A stretch of DNA of 60,021 nucleotides, counting the filler. It is 9 parts of 9 records of this genome, joined end to end, with 100 filler letters (N's around TTAATTAATTAA, not from the genome) between each part and the next. Parts side by side here need not be neighbours in the genome. Positions count along the whole stretch, not along the records: positions 6,189 to 12,392 come from DRR723986_112553; positions 12,493 to 17,674 come from DRR723986_113432; positions 17,775 to 22,907 come from DRR723986_121530; 6 more parts are not named here. The stretch is one strand, 5' to 3'. Shown here piece after piece: positions 9,169 through 18,624 of this stretch. Position 1 is the first letter of the stretch; the number at the start of each line of letters is the position of its first letter. The notes beneath the pieces are model-generated. The model was not told the DNA's origin and did not search any database. It saw nothing but the letters and a program-made list of their open reading frames with translations. A program made the translations under genes and the position numbers.

Positions 9169-9578
9169 AGAATGAAAGCTTGATGTCCAAAATTGCCCGA
9201 GCTGCTGAAGAACAGATTAAAGAGGATGTGGAAGCGGCGAACCAGATACTTCGAGATACAGGTTCTGATCCAGATGAAATCGTAGCCAACGGGAAGAAAC
9301 TGATCAAGAGGCTCGAATTGCAAGCCAAGGCAAGAATCAACCGAGAGCGAGCACAGCAACACCGAGAGGAAGTTGAGTTAGGTGTCAGAAATTACGTATT
9401 AAATTTGATGAGTAAATCGATTGAAGAGCTTCTGGAAGTCATGCGGAGGGATAGGTTGGCTGTTGGATACCGAAGCCTCATCAATGCTCCAGATAAGCGG
9501 CAAATTATTGAAGCGTTGAGTGAGCGAGAGCGGATCAGACTGAACGAACAATACCAACAAGATAATCCCGAAAATTGA
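9165..9578 (+). CDS. All-helical hypothetical protein, candidate anti-sigma and peptidase substrate
   Basis: ATGA overlap with the sigma gene and TGATG overlap with the peptidase gene; no HTH or TM evident; function inferred from position only. Confidence 0.65.
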   Translation: MKNESLMSKIARAAEEQIKEDVEAANQILRDTGSDPDEIVANGKKLIKRLELQAKARINRERAQQHREEVELGVRNYVLNLMSKSIEELLEVMRRDRLAVGYRSLINAPDKRQIIEALSERERIRLNEQYQQDNPEN

Positions 9579-10381
9579 TGATAAATGTAGGAGCTTTGGC
9601 GGCCAGAAGAGTTCTTGAGGAGCATGGAATAGATGATCCCACAAATTTTCCGCTTGAAGACTTAGTCGAAGGTCTGGGGGCTCTTCTACAGTTTGTTCCC
9701 ATGAATAACTGTGATGGTCGGATAGTCTTCGGAGATCAGGGATGCCTGATATCAATAAACTCAGGAATTGAGTTTGAAGGGCGTCGACGTTTTACTCTTG
9801 CCCATGAATTAGGGCACTTTGTGATGCATCGGGCGTTGTTCGAACATCACAATGATACCGAAAGTACGATGAGTTGGTTCGATTCACGAGTCAATCAATT
9901 GCAAAGGGGAAGGCAGGAGCAGGAGGCAAATGAGTTTGCCTCAGAATTGTTAATGCCTGAGAGGTTGTTTAAGGGAGAGTGTTCAAAAGAGAAGTTTTCG
10001 CCAGACATAATTAGAAGGCTGTCGGAAAAGTTTCAGACGAGTAAAACATCAGCTGCCTTTCGTTATGTTGAGCATGGCAATCATCCAATCTGTATCCTTC
10101 ATTGCCACAATGGTAGAGTGAAGTACTATAAAAAATCTCGCGACTTTCTTCCCTATCCTGGTGGAATCGTCCGATTAGCCACGCCTGAATTGTCCGTTGC
10201 CGCTGAATTCTTTAGAGACGGGATCTGGTACACAGGCGATCAAGCGAAACAGTCTATCCAAAAGTCAACATGGTTTGAGTTGTCTGAAGGCGAAAACGAA
10301 GACCGGTATGACTATTACGAATACTGCATCATTACTCCGAAATACGACACGGTGTTAAGTGTTGTTTGGGATGAGTCGTAA
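9578..10381 (+). CDS. ImmA/IrrE family Zn metallo-endopeptidase (M78-like)
   Basis: RRRFTLAHELGHFVMH (HExxH) and EQEANEFASELLMP; HTH-like IIRRLSEKFQTSKTSAAFR; further C-terminal domain. Confidence 0.93.
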   Translation: MINVGALAARRVLEEHGIDDPTNFPLEDLVEGLGALLQFVPMNNCDGRIVFGDQGCLISINSGIEFEGRRRFTLAHELGHFVMHRALFEHHNDTESTMSWFDSRVNQLQRGRQEQEANEFASELLMPERLFKGECSKEKFSPDIIRRLSEKFQTSKTSAAFRYVEHGNHPICILHCHNGRVKYYKKSRDFLPYPGGIVRLATPELSVAAEFFRDGIWYTGDQAKQSIQKSTWFELSEGENEDRYDYYEYCIITPKYDTVLSVVWDES

Positions 10382-10457
10382 CGGTCGGAAATAGGGTACT
10401 GTGATGGTATAGAATTCCCTTCTGAGCCAGCATTGGGGAGTTTTGGCCGCTCCTTTA

Positions 10458-10805
10458 CTATTTTTTGTTTTTCTCATCCTGTATGATCAGTTCTTGTATC
10501 GAATCTGCCTTATGATTATTTGCTATGTCGTTTTCCAGGTTGAATTCTGAAATGAGGTTCTCTAGCGAATCGGTTTTGAGTTCTAATGTAGACACTTGTT
10601 CGTCTAATGATTTCGTAATCTCGTTCAAAGCAAGTACATTGTTTGCCAAGGCAGTGCCGGCTAGGCTTAACACGATCGCAATTCCAATGCCGTACTTAAA
10701 CTTCACTTCCAGACTGTGTAACTGTTCCGCAAAATCAAGGTTGTCTTGTAATTCCGAATAGACAATATCCCTTAGTTCACTTTTCTCATTGTCACTGAGT
10801 GCCAT
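10458..10805 (-). CDS. Hypothetical protein, single TM plus coiled coil
   Basis: TM YGIGIAIVLSLAGTALA followed by a heptad-rich tail. Confidence 0.6.
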   Translation of the reverse strand: MALSDNEKSELRDIVYSELQDNLDFAEQLHSLEVKFKYGIGIAIVLSLAGTALANNVLALNEITKSLDEQVSTLELKTDSLENLISEFNLENDIANNHKADSIQELIIQDEKNKK

Positions 10806-10944
10806 GTCAATCTTCCAGTTAATTGATCATTCAGTTCGCTATTCTTTGGAGTGCCGAATAGAAACTCAAAAATTGATTCATTGATTCAGTCGCAAAAAGA
10901 ATCATGGTTTTTCTTCAAGTGTTCTGACAACACTACTACAATGA

Positions 10945-10971
10945 CAAGTGGGGTCCATTAACCCCCACTTG
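10945..10971 (-). terminator. Hairpin downstream of 10996-11658
   Basis: CAAGTGGGG...CCCCACTTG 9-bp stem. Confidence 0.45.
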
Positions 10972-10995
10972 CGACATTAAAGTTTGATTGATTCG

Positions 10996-11658
10996 TCACT
11001 TCGTCACTTTAGAGGCTACGCAGCTTGCTAAAGAGCCAAAGTCCAATATTGTTGACACGAAAGGGATTGTCGGTATTAACTCTTTCCGTCTGTGCTTTGG
11101 TTTGCCCCTGTTGTCGTTTTTAATCCTTTTGTTCTGCTGTTTGATATTCTTATTGTACTGTTTAATTAGCGACGAAAATTTGTTTTTAACCGCATTTGCA
11201 AATGCGATTGTGGAGTTGTACCTCTGTCCACTTACTGTGGATCTTAACGCCTCGTAAATGAGGCTTGCGATAATCGCATTGTCGATCAAATTATTAATTT
11301 GCCCCTCAGCGTAGCACGCAAGCGTTGCCGTTGCGTAGTTGGCAATGATGCCGTCGCGAGAGTTACTAAGACCGTGTAGGTATTGGATTAGAGCTTTCTT
11401 TGTATTGTTATTTGGATTTTGAACCTTCGAGAATATTTCTCCTTCCTGATAGAGGTGAGTTAAACAATGTCTGAAGGGAGTTGATTCGCCATTGGTTGCA
11501 AACGAGGAAAAGACTTCTATCTCACGCTCCAAAGTGACTTCTGGTTCTTCAAGAGTTATTTGTAATGGAGAAATGGGTGAGTTATTTGCCATAGATGGAG
11601 TTACATGAACGGCAAGTGATAACCCGAAAGTCAAAATCAGTTGTAGAAATTTTCGCAT
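10996..11658 (-). CDS. Secreted hypothetical protein
   Basis: Signal peptide MRKFLQLILTFGLSLAVHVTPSMA; AAGGAAGG RBS upstream; basic C-terminal segment. Confidence 0.7.
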   Translation of the reverse strand: MRKFLQLILTFGLSLAVHVTPSMANNSPISPLQITLEEPEVTLEREIEVFSSFATNGESTPFRHCLTHLYQEGEIFSKVQNPNNNTKKALIQYLHGLSNSRDGIIANYATATLACYAEGQINNLIDNAIIASLIYEALRSTVSGQRYNSTIAFANAVKNKFSSLIKQYNKNIKQQNKRIKNDNRGKPKHRRKELIPTIPFVSTILDFGSLASCVASKVTK

Positions 11659-12058
11659 AGAAACCTTCCTTGTATATGTTTAGAGCTAGGCCGCAAGGAA
11701 TCACCGAAATTCCCTTGATCGGGGAACCTCATGTATTTTTCAGCAGGTTTATTGACCTTAAAAAAGCAATCTTAATATAAAGCGAGTATGTCAAACGCAA
11801 ATTGTAATTGATTCTACCGAGGAAGGTATTTTAACTAAATGGTAACATATTTTAGTGAATTAGTAACATATTTGTAGGTCTTACTGCAAAGAGCGAGTCT
11901 TTGGAAGTACTACCAATAATTGCCTGAAGGTGATTAGGGGCAACTACCGGTAAAGATAGTAGATGATTCTTGCAGCGGAGTAGCATGTTTACTCGTAGAG
12001 CGAGTCTAACAGCGAAGAATCGATAAATTGTGCAATTTAATGATCTTGGCCCACCGCC

Positions 12059-12376
12059 CTAATCGTTGATGAGAATGTTCGACTGAGTATTGTCTAAGGG
12101 TACCACAACGTTTTCCTTCACTTCCAACTTCGATTTAAGCTCCATAATTGGCGACAATTTGAAGGTTCGATTCATCAAATCATCGAGTGTTGGCTTTTCC
12201 AGAAATATCAAGTCCCAGAAACCCTTTAAGTTGTCGTGGTCTTGCGAATCAAGTACCAATTCAGGGAGGTGTTCGACAAAATGGCGTGCATACTTTATAA
12301 CGGTATCAATATCCACCTCTTTGTATTCCTTTACCGTTCGGTCAGCTTCCATGACGTCTATATTGCCCCATCTCAC
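12059..12376 (-). pseudogene. Probable C-terminal remnant of a large serine recombinase
   Basis: VDIDTVIKYARHFVEHLPELVL...FWDLIFLEKPTLDDL...KLSPIMEL...VVPLDNTQSN resembles LSR C-terminal tails from memory; in-frame TAG upstream near the contig end. Confidence 0.4.
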
Positions 12377-12392
12377 GAAAATGACCGCCTAA

Positions 12393-12492
12393 NNNNNNNN
12401 NNNNNNNNNNNNNNNNNNNNNNNNNNNNNNNNNNNNTTAATTAATTAANNNNNNNNNNNNNNNNNNNNNNNNNNNNNNNNNNNNNNNNNNNN
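12393..12492. other. Artificial contig linker
   Basis: N44-TTAATTAATTAA-N44. Confidence 0.99.
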
Positions 12493-12729
12493 GGTGCGCC
12501 CAAAATTTACGACCTTCCCGTTAAACGGCTCTCACCGCCCGCTTAAGCCACATTACAGACCAATCTTAGAGTCCAAACCCAATCAGCTTAACACCCAACA
12601 AATTTTTTACGCACCGCCTTCTCTCAAATCCCCCCATCAGCCAGAATCTTAAACCAAAACACAAGAGACTCTCAGACCAGCACCCGCGTGCCTTCACACG
12701 CAGGTGCAAACCCCAAATACTTCATCAGC

Positions 12730-14715
12730 TCAGCGCACAAGCCCAAAACGCACAGTCTCAAGCTCGCCGGACCTAAACTCTATCCGCAAAACATACAGCC
12801 CCACAGCCAAACCATCAGTGTCAATCCGCAAAGACTCGCCCGCAGAACGAAAATGCGCCACCCGGCGCCCCAGCTGATCGTGCACATGCACCTGCGCGCC
12901 GGTCAGATTCGGATGCTCAATATTTAACATTTCCGTGCTGGGATTTGGGAAAACGCGCAACTGAAGACTCCCGTCTTCCTGACCTTCAACAGAACTGACA
13001 ACTGCCCCGACGCGGCTCGTAACTGTATTGCTGAGCAGCACCTCGGCTGCCGGCAGCGGCTGGTCAGGAACGGCAGCATATTCGAACTCAACCCGCACAT
13101 GGTTTTCCAGGTAATATCCATCGGGTAAGTCCGCGCGAAGCTGCGCAGATAAACGCAGGAAAGCCATGCCGCCCTGTCCGGCGGCATGTGCCGCTGCCAG
13201 GTTAACATTCTCAAACACAAACTCGGTCGCGCCGTCATCAGTCTGCTCAAACGTATACGGATGGCTGGCGGCCAACGGCGCCCAACTTCCATCAATAAAT
13301 CCTGCGTGGAACGGCACCGTAATGCGCATGGAACGTACCGGGCGCGCATCAAAGTTGTTAATATGCAGCATAAACTCCACTTCTTCATCGGCTTCCACGT
13401 TGCCACTCTGCGCGGCGTCGCGCTCACGCTTGAGGCGCGCGAGTCGTACCTGCTCCAGGTCTCCGACAATTGTTTGGCAGTATACGTCAGAGCCAATTTC
13501 GACTCCTCCGTTTGCCGTTATTGTCGCTTCGGCACACAGTTGATCACCCTGTAACAGCGGATCATTTGTTAACTGCATGTCAACAATAATTATCTTGCGT
13601 GCGCCGGGCTCCAGTTCAGCCAAATCCCAGACAGCAGAATTCGGTCCGCTGCTACTTGCCACAGGCCGCGTATTCTGCAAGCGCAGAACTTCATCAAAGT
13701 TAAAGTTTAACTGTCCGGAAAGCGGCCCGTTGGTCGGGTTGGTGACAAAAAGGCGATATTGCTGTAGCTTGCCCGGTCGCGCCGCATCCGCACCTACCAA
13801 AACAGCCGCCTGCCTACCTGGGGCGTCGACTCTGCGCAATGGAACATCTATGATGTCCGGCGCATCATCCCCAAACTCATATTCCACAGTACCCGCGCCG
13901 CAACTCAGCATCCAATCATTTGAGACCTCGGCAACCGTCAGTGACACACTATTTTCTCTGGTACTCAAATAACCGAAACCGTCTTGATTAAAACTTACCG
14001 TATTCTCAGGACTGCCATTTACATCGAGTGTCAGTGGCGTCACAGGTTTTTCACCTGCATCATAGCGGCAGTTAAGATTTTCGTCTTCAAACGCTCGAAT
14101 ACTGACAGCTCCACCGGAAAACTCAGTAATTTCATATTCAACGACTTTTACCTGAATTCCAATGCGCCGGGGGCTAAACCTTCCGACCAATTTAACAAAT
14201 TCAATACGCTCCAAACTCCAGTCATCGATATCTATTTCCGTTGGCGCTTCAAACTCATCGGCACCATAACATTCGCTATTTTCCCAGTACACCGAGAAGT
14301 TGGGATTTAGAAACGGAGCTTCTTCTTCGGCAAGGTAATTGTTTATCAGGCCCATCCACAGCCTGTTAAGGCATTGCCCATTTGTGCGCTCCACTTCCTC
14401 CACACCTTGACCGTTCACGGCAGGAGCACCAGACACATAGTCGATTTCAACTTCCTGATTCCACATCCGCACATCCATCAACAGCGTACGTGACGCACCT
14501 CCACCTTGTGAATCAAAGGTTTTCGGCAGCATTAACAGCTCGGCGGTGAAAACATCTCCACGTGCTACCCGATCCTGCATGATATTAAAACTGTCATCAA
14601 CACTCTCAACTTCACATTTTGCCGTTATCACTACGGCGCGCATTGCCCACAAGTCCTGTGAACTCCACACGGCGGTACAAACAACCAGCGCAATCGCCAG
14701 TGTTAATTGTCGCAT
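12730..14715 (-). CDS. T9SS type A sorting domain secreted protein (paralog 1)
   Basis: Signal peptide; FEDENLNCRYDAGE motif; DUF11-like Ig domains; CTD VFPNP...DQLGR...GLYVLRI. Confidence 0.85.
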   Translation of the reverse strand: MRQLTLAIALVVCTAVWSSQDLWAMRAVVITAKCEVESVDDSFNIMQDRVARGDVFTAELLMLPKTFDSQGGGASRTLLMDVRMWNQEVEIDYVSGAPAVNGQGVEEVERTNGQCLNRLWMGLINNYLAEEEAPFLNPNFSVYWENSECYGADEFEAPTEIDIDDWSLERIEFVKLVGRFSPRRIGIQVKVVEYEITEFSGGAVSIRAFEDENLNCRYDAGEKPVTPLTLDVNGSPENTVSFNQDGFGYLSTRENSVSLTVAEVSNDWMLSCGAGTVEYEFGDDAPDIIDVPLRRVDAPGRQAAVLVGADAARPGKLQQYRLFVTNPTNGPLSGQLNFNFDEVLRLQNTRPVASSSGPNSAVWDLAELEPGARKIIIVDMQLTNDPLLQGDQLCAEATITANGGVEIGSDVYCQTIVGDLEQVRLARLKRERDAAQSGNVEADEEVEFMLHINNFDARPVRSMRITVPFHAGFIDGSWAPLAASHPYTFEQTDDGATEFVFENVNLAAAHAAGQGGMAFLRLSAQLRADLPDGYYLENHVRVEFEYAAVPDQPLPAAEVLLSNTVTSRVGAVVSSVEGQEDGSLQLRVFPNPSTEMLNIEHPNLTGAQVHVHDQLGRRVAHFRSAGESLRIDTDGLAVGLYVLRIEFRSGELETVRFGLVR

Positions 14716-14857
14716 ACTATGTCCTTTTTCAAAAAATACTGAGTTGCCATCCAGGTGATCCTATATTGGAGGCTGGCGGCATGGTACAATTCGTGTAAAA
14801 TTTTCGGGCACTATTGCAGAAGTGTTAACAGTTGGATCACATGCTATTAACGATCTG

Positions 14858-14902
14858 CTTGAGCGCTTCGCCGTCATACTTCCGGCTTACTGTTTACTTT
14901 TG
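14858..14902. repeat. Conserved upstream motif, copy 1 (copy 2 at 17413-17469)
   Basis: Identical CTTGAGCGCTTCGCCG at 14858 and 17413, each followed by CCGGCTT[AG]CTGTTT. Confidence 0.75.
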
Positions 14903-15270
14903 CTGGTACATGATCCCAAAACTGCACGTCTCTGAGCCTGGCGCAAACTTTAGAGCCATCAAACCGACAGCCTGGCTCCAAGCTATGATCCGCGAACCCT
15001 CAATCTGCAAAAACAACAAATACTACACAAATGCAGACTCCCGCACCAACAACAAACAAAATAATCATACAGCCTGAGCCCCAAGCCAATCGCATTGTAA
15101 ATCAGCACGGAACGGATCAGCGCAGACGGGGGCTCAAAGCGTTCAAGCCACGTAGTACTCAATCGCCCAGCACAAAAACAGCCCACACCACATGTAGTAC
15201 AATACAGCAGTGCGGGCCAAAAAAATTCAGCCAATGCCACTAAATCATCAGCTCAAAATAAGCCAACAGC

Positions 15271-17253
15271 TCAGCGTACAACACCAAACCGCACAGTCTC
15301 AAGACCACCAGACTTAAACTCAATCCGTAGAACATAAAGACCTACAGCAAACGCATCGGTGTCAATCCGCAATGACGCACCCGCAGAATGAAAATGCGCC
15401 ACACGGCGCCCCAGCTGATCATGCACATGCACAATCGCTCCACCTAAATTCGGATGCTCAATGTTTAATCTCTCGCTGCTGGGATTGGGGAAGACCCGCA
15501 ACGCAACCTTGGCTGCATCCTGACTGTCCACGGAACTGACAACCGCGCCAACCCGGCTCGTAACAACATTGCTTAACAACCTTGTTGCTGACGGCAATTC
15601 CTGCCCCGGCTCCGCCTCGTATTCAAATACGACCTGCACATAGTTTTCGATGTAACGGCCGGAATTTAACCCCTGACGCATCTGGCCCGCCAAATGCATA
15701 AAAGCCGAACCACCCACAGCACCGTCTCCGGCCGGATCAAGATTGACACCCTCAAATACATACTCGATGCTGCCGTCAGCCAACTGCAAACTTCTGTATG
15801 CGTGGCTCGCAATTTCGGGTTTTAAAACACCACCTACGAAATCGTTATTATACGGAACCAATACACGCAGAGATTTCACGCTGCGTGACTCGCGATTGTT
15901 AACATGCAGAACAAAGGCAACATCTTCGCCGGCTTCGACTGTACTTTCCTGGGTATCGCGTTCGCGTTTAAGTCGCGAAAGCAGAATTTGATCCAAATGC
16001 CCAACGATTGTCTGGCAGAACTCGATTGTTTCGATTTCCTCACCACTTTCGGAAACAAGTGTGGCCCGGGCGCACAAGTCATCACCCTGCAACAAAGGGT
16101 CGTTTGTTAAGTGCATATCAACAAGAAATATCGTGCGCGCACCGGGTGCCAGGCTTTCAAGATCCCATACTATCGAGCTTCCACCCGTATTATCGGCCGC
16201 TGGTTTGGCGCCGTTAAGACTCAGAACATTGTCGTACTCAAATCTTAACTGCCCGTTTAACTCTGCGGTCGTTGGGTTGGAAACAAATACTCGGTACTGC
16301 ATCACAGTTCCAGGCCGCGTCGCGTCGGCACCAATCAATACTGCTTTTAGCGCTTCCTGGCTCTGAACTCTTTCCAATGGAATATTAATTACTTCAGTAG
16401 CGCCTTCGGTAAACTCATACTCTATGCTGCTCTGGCCACAACTAAGCTTCCAGTCCTTTGTATGCGCAGCAAGGCTCAGGGCAACCTTGTCTTTTCTGGT
16501 CTGCAGATAACCTATTCCGTCTGCATCAACAGATACAGTCACATTTGGATCATCGTTTACCTCCAGGGCAAGCGGTGTCACAGTTTCCTCACCTGGATCA
16601 TAACGACAGTTGAGGTTTCGGTCTTCAAAGGCTCGAACGTTAACTACCCCGCCCTGGAATTCAGTCACCTCGTACTCAAGCACAGTCGCCGTAAATCCAA
16701 TTTCATCCGGCTGAAACAGGCCTACACGAGTTGAAAAATCAATTGTCTGCATCTCCCAGTCATCAATATCCAGGTCCTGCGGCTGCTCAAATTCATCGTC
16801 ACCATAACACTCATTGTTACCCCAATCAATAATAAAAGTTGGAAGAGCGAATGGAGCGGACTCATTGGTAGAAACAATATTGACAAGTGCCATCCATAAC
16901 TCATTGCGGCATTGTCCATTTGCACGTTCGCGCTCGTTGACACCTTGTCCACTTATACTGGGTGAACCGGCCGCAAAGTCAATTTCTACGTTCTGATTCC
17001 ACATGCGCACATCAAACAGCATTGTTGGGCGCACGCTTGTACTAAACGGCATAAATGATTGCGGAAGAGTCCAAATTTCAACATCAAACTCATCACCAAT
17101 CATTACTTGACCGCGCATGAGATTTCTGTCGTCAACCACACTGACTACTTCACATTTTGCGCTGATAACAACCGCACGTGCCGCCAGCATTTTCTGTGGA
17201 ATAAACATCACGACACAAGCGGCCAGGACCAGAGTTAACATTAATTGTCGCAT
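15271..17253 (-). CDS. T9SS type A sorting domain secreted protein (paralog 2)
   Basis: Collinear with 12730-14715 (DVRMWNQ, TNDPLLQGD, LKRERD, near-identical CTD). Confidence 0.85.
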   Translation of the reverse strand: MRQLMLTLVLAACVVMFIPQKMLAARAVVISAKCEVVSVVDDRNLMRGQVMIGDEFDVEIWTLPQSFMPFSTSVRPTMLFDVRMWNQNVEIDFAAGSPSISGQGVNERERANGQCRNELWMALVNIVSTNESAPFALPTFIIDWGNNECYGDDEFEQPQDLDIDDWEMQTIDFSTRVGLFQPDEIGFTATVLEYEVTEFQGGVVNVRAFEDRNLNCRYDPGEETVTPLALEVNDDPNVTVSVDADGIGYLQTRKDKVALSLAAHTKDWKLSCGQSSIEYEFTEGATEVINIPLERVQSQEALKAVLIGADATRPGTVMQYRVFVSNPTTAELNGQLRFEYDNVLSLNGAKPAADNTGGSSIVWDLESLAPGARTIFLVDMHLTNDPLLQGDDLCARATLVSESGEEIETIEFCQTIVGHLDQILLSRLKRERDTQESTVEAGEDVAFVLHVNNRESRSVKSLRVLVPYNNDFVGGVLKPEIASHAYRSLQLADGSIEYVFEGVNLDPAGDGAVGGSAFMHLAGQMRQGLNSGRYIENYVQVVFEYEAEPGQELPSATRLLSNVVTSRVGAVVSSVDSQDAAKVALRVFPNPSSERLNIEHPNLGGAIVHVHDQLGRRVAHFHSAGASLRIDTDAFAVGLYVLRIEFKSGGLETVRFGVVR

Positions 17254-17674
17254 TTCATCTCCTATCTATCGGAATCAACTGTGCCCGTCAGGTGACCCTC
17301 TGTTCTAGACTGGTGGTACAAGCGTTTTCAATATCATATTTACGGTATCAAATTTTTGTTACGCACAGGCAAGGCTGCAATGGCAAAAACATGGCTGGGC
17401 GTTAAATACATACTTGAGCGCTTCGCCGGCCATTCTGGCATACTACTCCCGGCTTGCTGTTTCTTTTTGTTAGTTCTTGAGTCGGAAGACTTCAAGTCTT
17501 TGAGACTTCAGGCCACAAGATAGAAAATCTCCAACTGTTGAGCTTCTGTTTGAATCCAGGCGGAAACAATTAAGCAAACACTCCACATGTGCGGCACTCA
17601 CTTCGCAAGGCACTAAACAGATGCAGCACCCAGACCCAAACACAAACAAAACAATCAAAAAGCCTGAGACCCGA

Positions 17675-17774
17675 NNNNNNNNNNNNNNNNNNNNNNNNNN
17701 NNNNNNNNNNNNNNNNNNTTAATTAATTAANNNNNNNNNNNNNNNNNNNNNNNNNNNNNNNNNNNNNNNNNNNN
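17675..17774. other. Artificial contig linker
   Basis: N44-TTAATTAATTAA-N44. Confidence 0.99.
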
Positions 17775-17775
17775 A

Positions 17776-18468
17776 GCGACTGGTGAATTCTGCAAGTTTC
17801 TATTTAGCGATGACAAACTAATGCCAGAATGTTTGACCCAACTCGTTAATTTAATTAAAACACCAGGGTGCAGTATTGCACTTGGTGCAATATTGATAGG
17901 AAAAAATGAAAATACCTCTAACAAATGTTATTCGCAAGCGGACTATAAAATTTTCAATCAATTGCAATACATTAATGAGTTAATTAGAGGGACCCTCCCC
18001 GTTAGTCCATGCGCTGTTCTAATGAAAACAGCCAGTGCTAGAAAGAATTTAAAGTTGGATTTTCCAACAAGAAAAAAGCAAAGATACGCTGAACATGGAG
18101 CCGGCCCAGATGTAATTTTGATACTGGAGGAGTTACAAAATGGAAATGCAACTGTTACCGAGCGACCGGTGGGCTTTTTTCGTGCCCACGAGGGCTCGTT
18201 TTCAATTGGCGAGTTAAAGTCGGAAATTGTAGATAGCTATACTAGCGCGATAGCTTGGTTTTTAAGTGTCAATTATGGGGAAAAATATAGAATTAGGTAT
18301 GTAGCCGTAGAGTGGATAAGATATATAAAAAAAACAAAAAAGTGGGTTTCTCCATTCAGGTTTAGCAAAGACTATGAAGGAAAAGGTACATGTACAGAGC
18401 TTATTGCAATGATCCTGTGGGCGTTGAAATGGATTGTATTCAAAAAAATCAGTTTGAGCGAGTTGTGA
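17776..18468 (+). CDS. Glycosyltransferase family 2, 5'-truncated
   Basis: Frame open from contig start: ATGEFCKFLFSDDKLMPECL; later GPD and FRAH motifs. Confidence 0.75.
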   Translation, partial: ATGEFCKFLFSDDKLMPECLTQLVNLIKTPGCSIALGAILIGKNENTSNKCYSQADYKIFNQLQYINELIRGTLPVSPCAVLMKTASARKNLKLDFPTRKKQRYAEHGAGPDVILILEELQNGNATVTERPVGFFRAHEGSFSIGELKSEIVDSYTSAIAWFLSVNYGEKYRIRYVAVEWIRYIKKTKKWVSPFRFSKDYEGKGTCTELIAMILWALKWIVFKKISLSEL

Positions 18469-18624
18469 TAAAAAGTCCTTTAATTAAGTGCCCTGTGCCG
18501 AAAAAGGAGAAGGTCTACAGGATTATAATAGATAAAATAATACTTGGTGGTTAAATTAAAAAAGTCAAATAAAAAACAACTCAATTTATATGAATATTAA
18601 TAAAAGACAAATATTGACAGTGAA

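Noticed and set aside
12730-12930. Similar 3' ends of the two T9SS paralogs as a DGR TR/VR pair
   Set aside because: Differences are mostly synonymous and not adenine-restricted, as expected for ordinary paralogy of a conserved CTD
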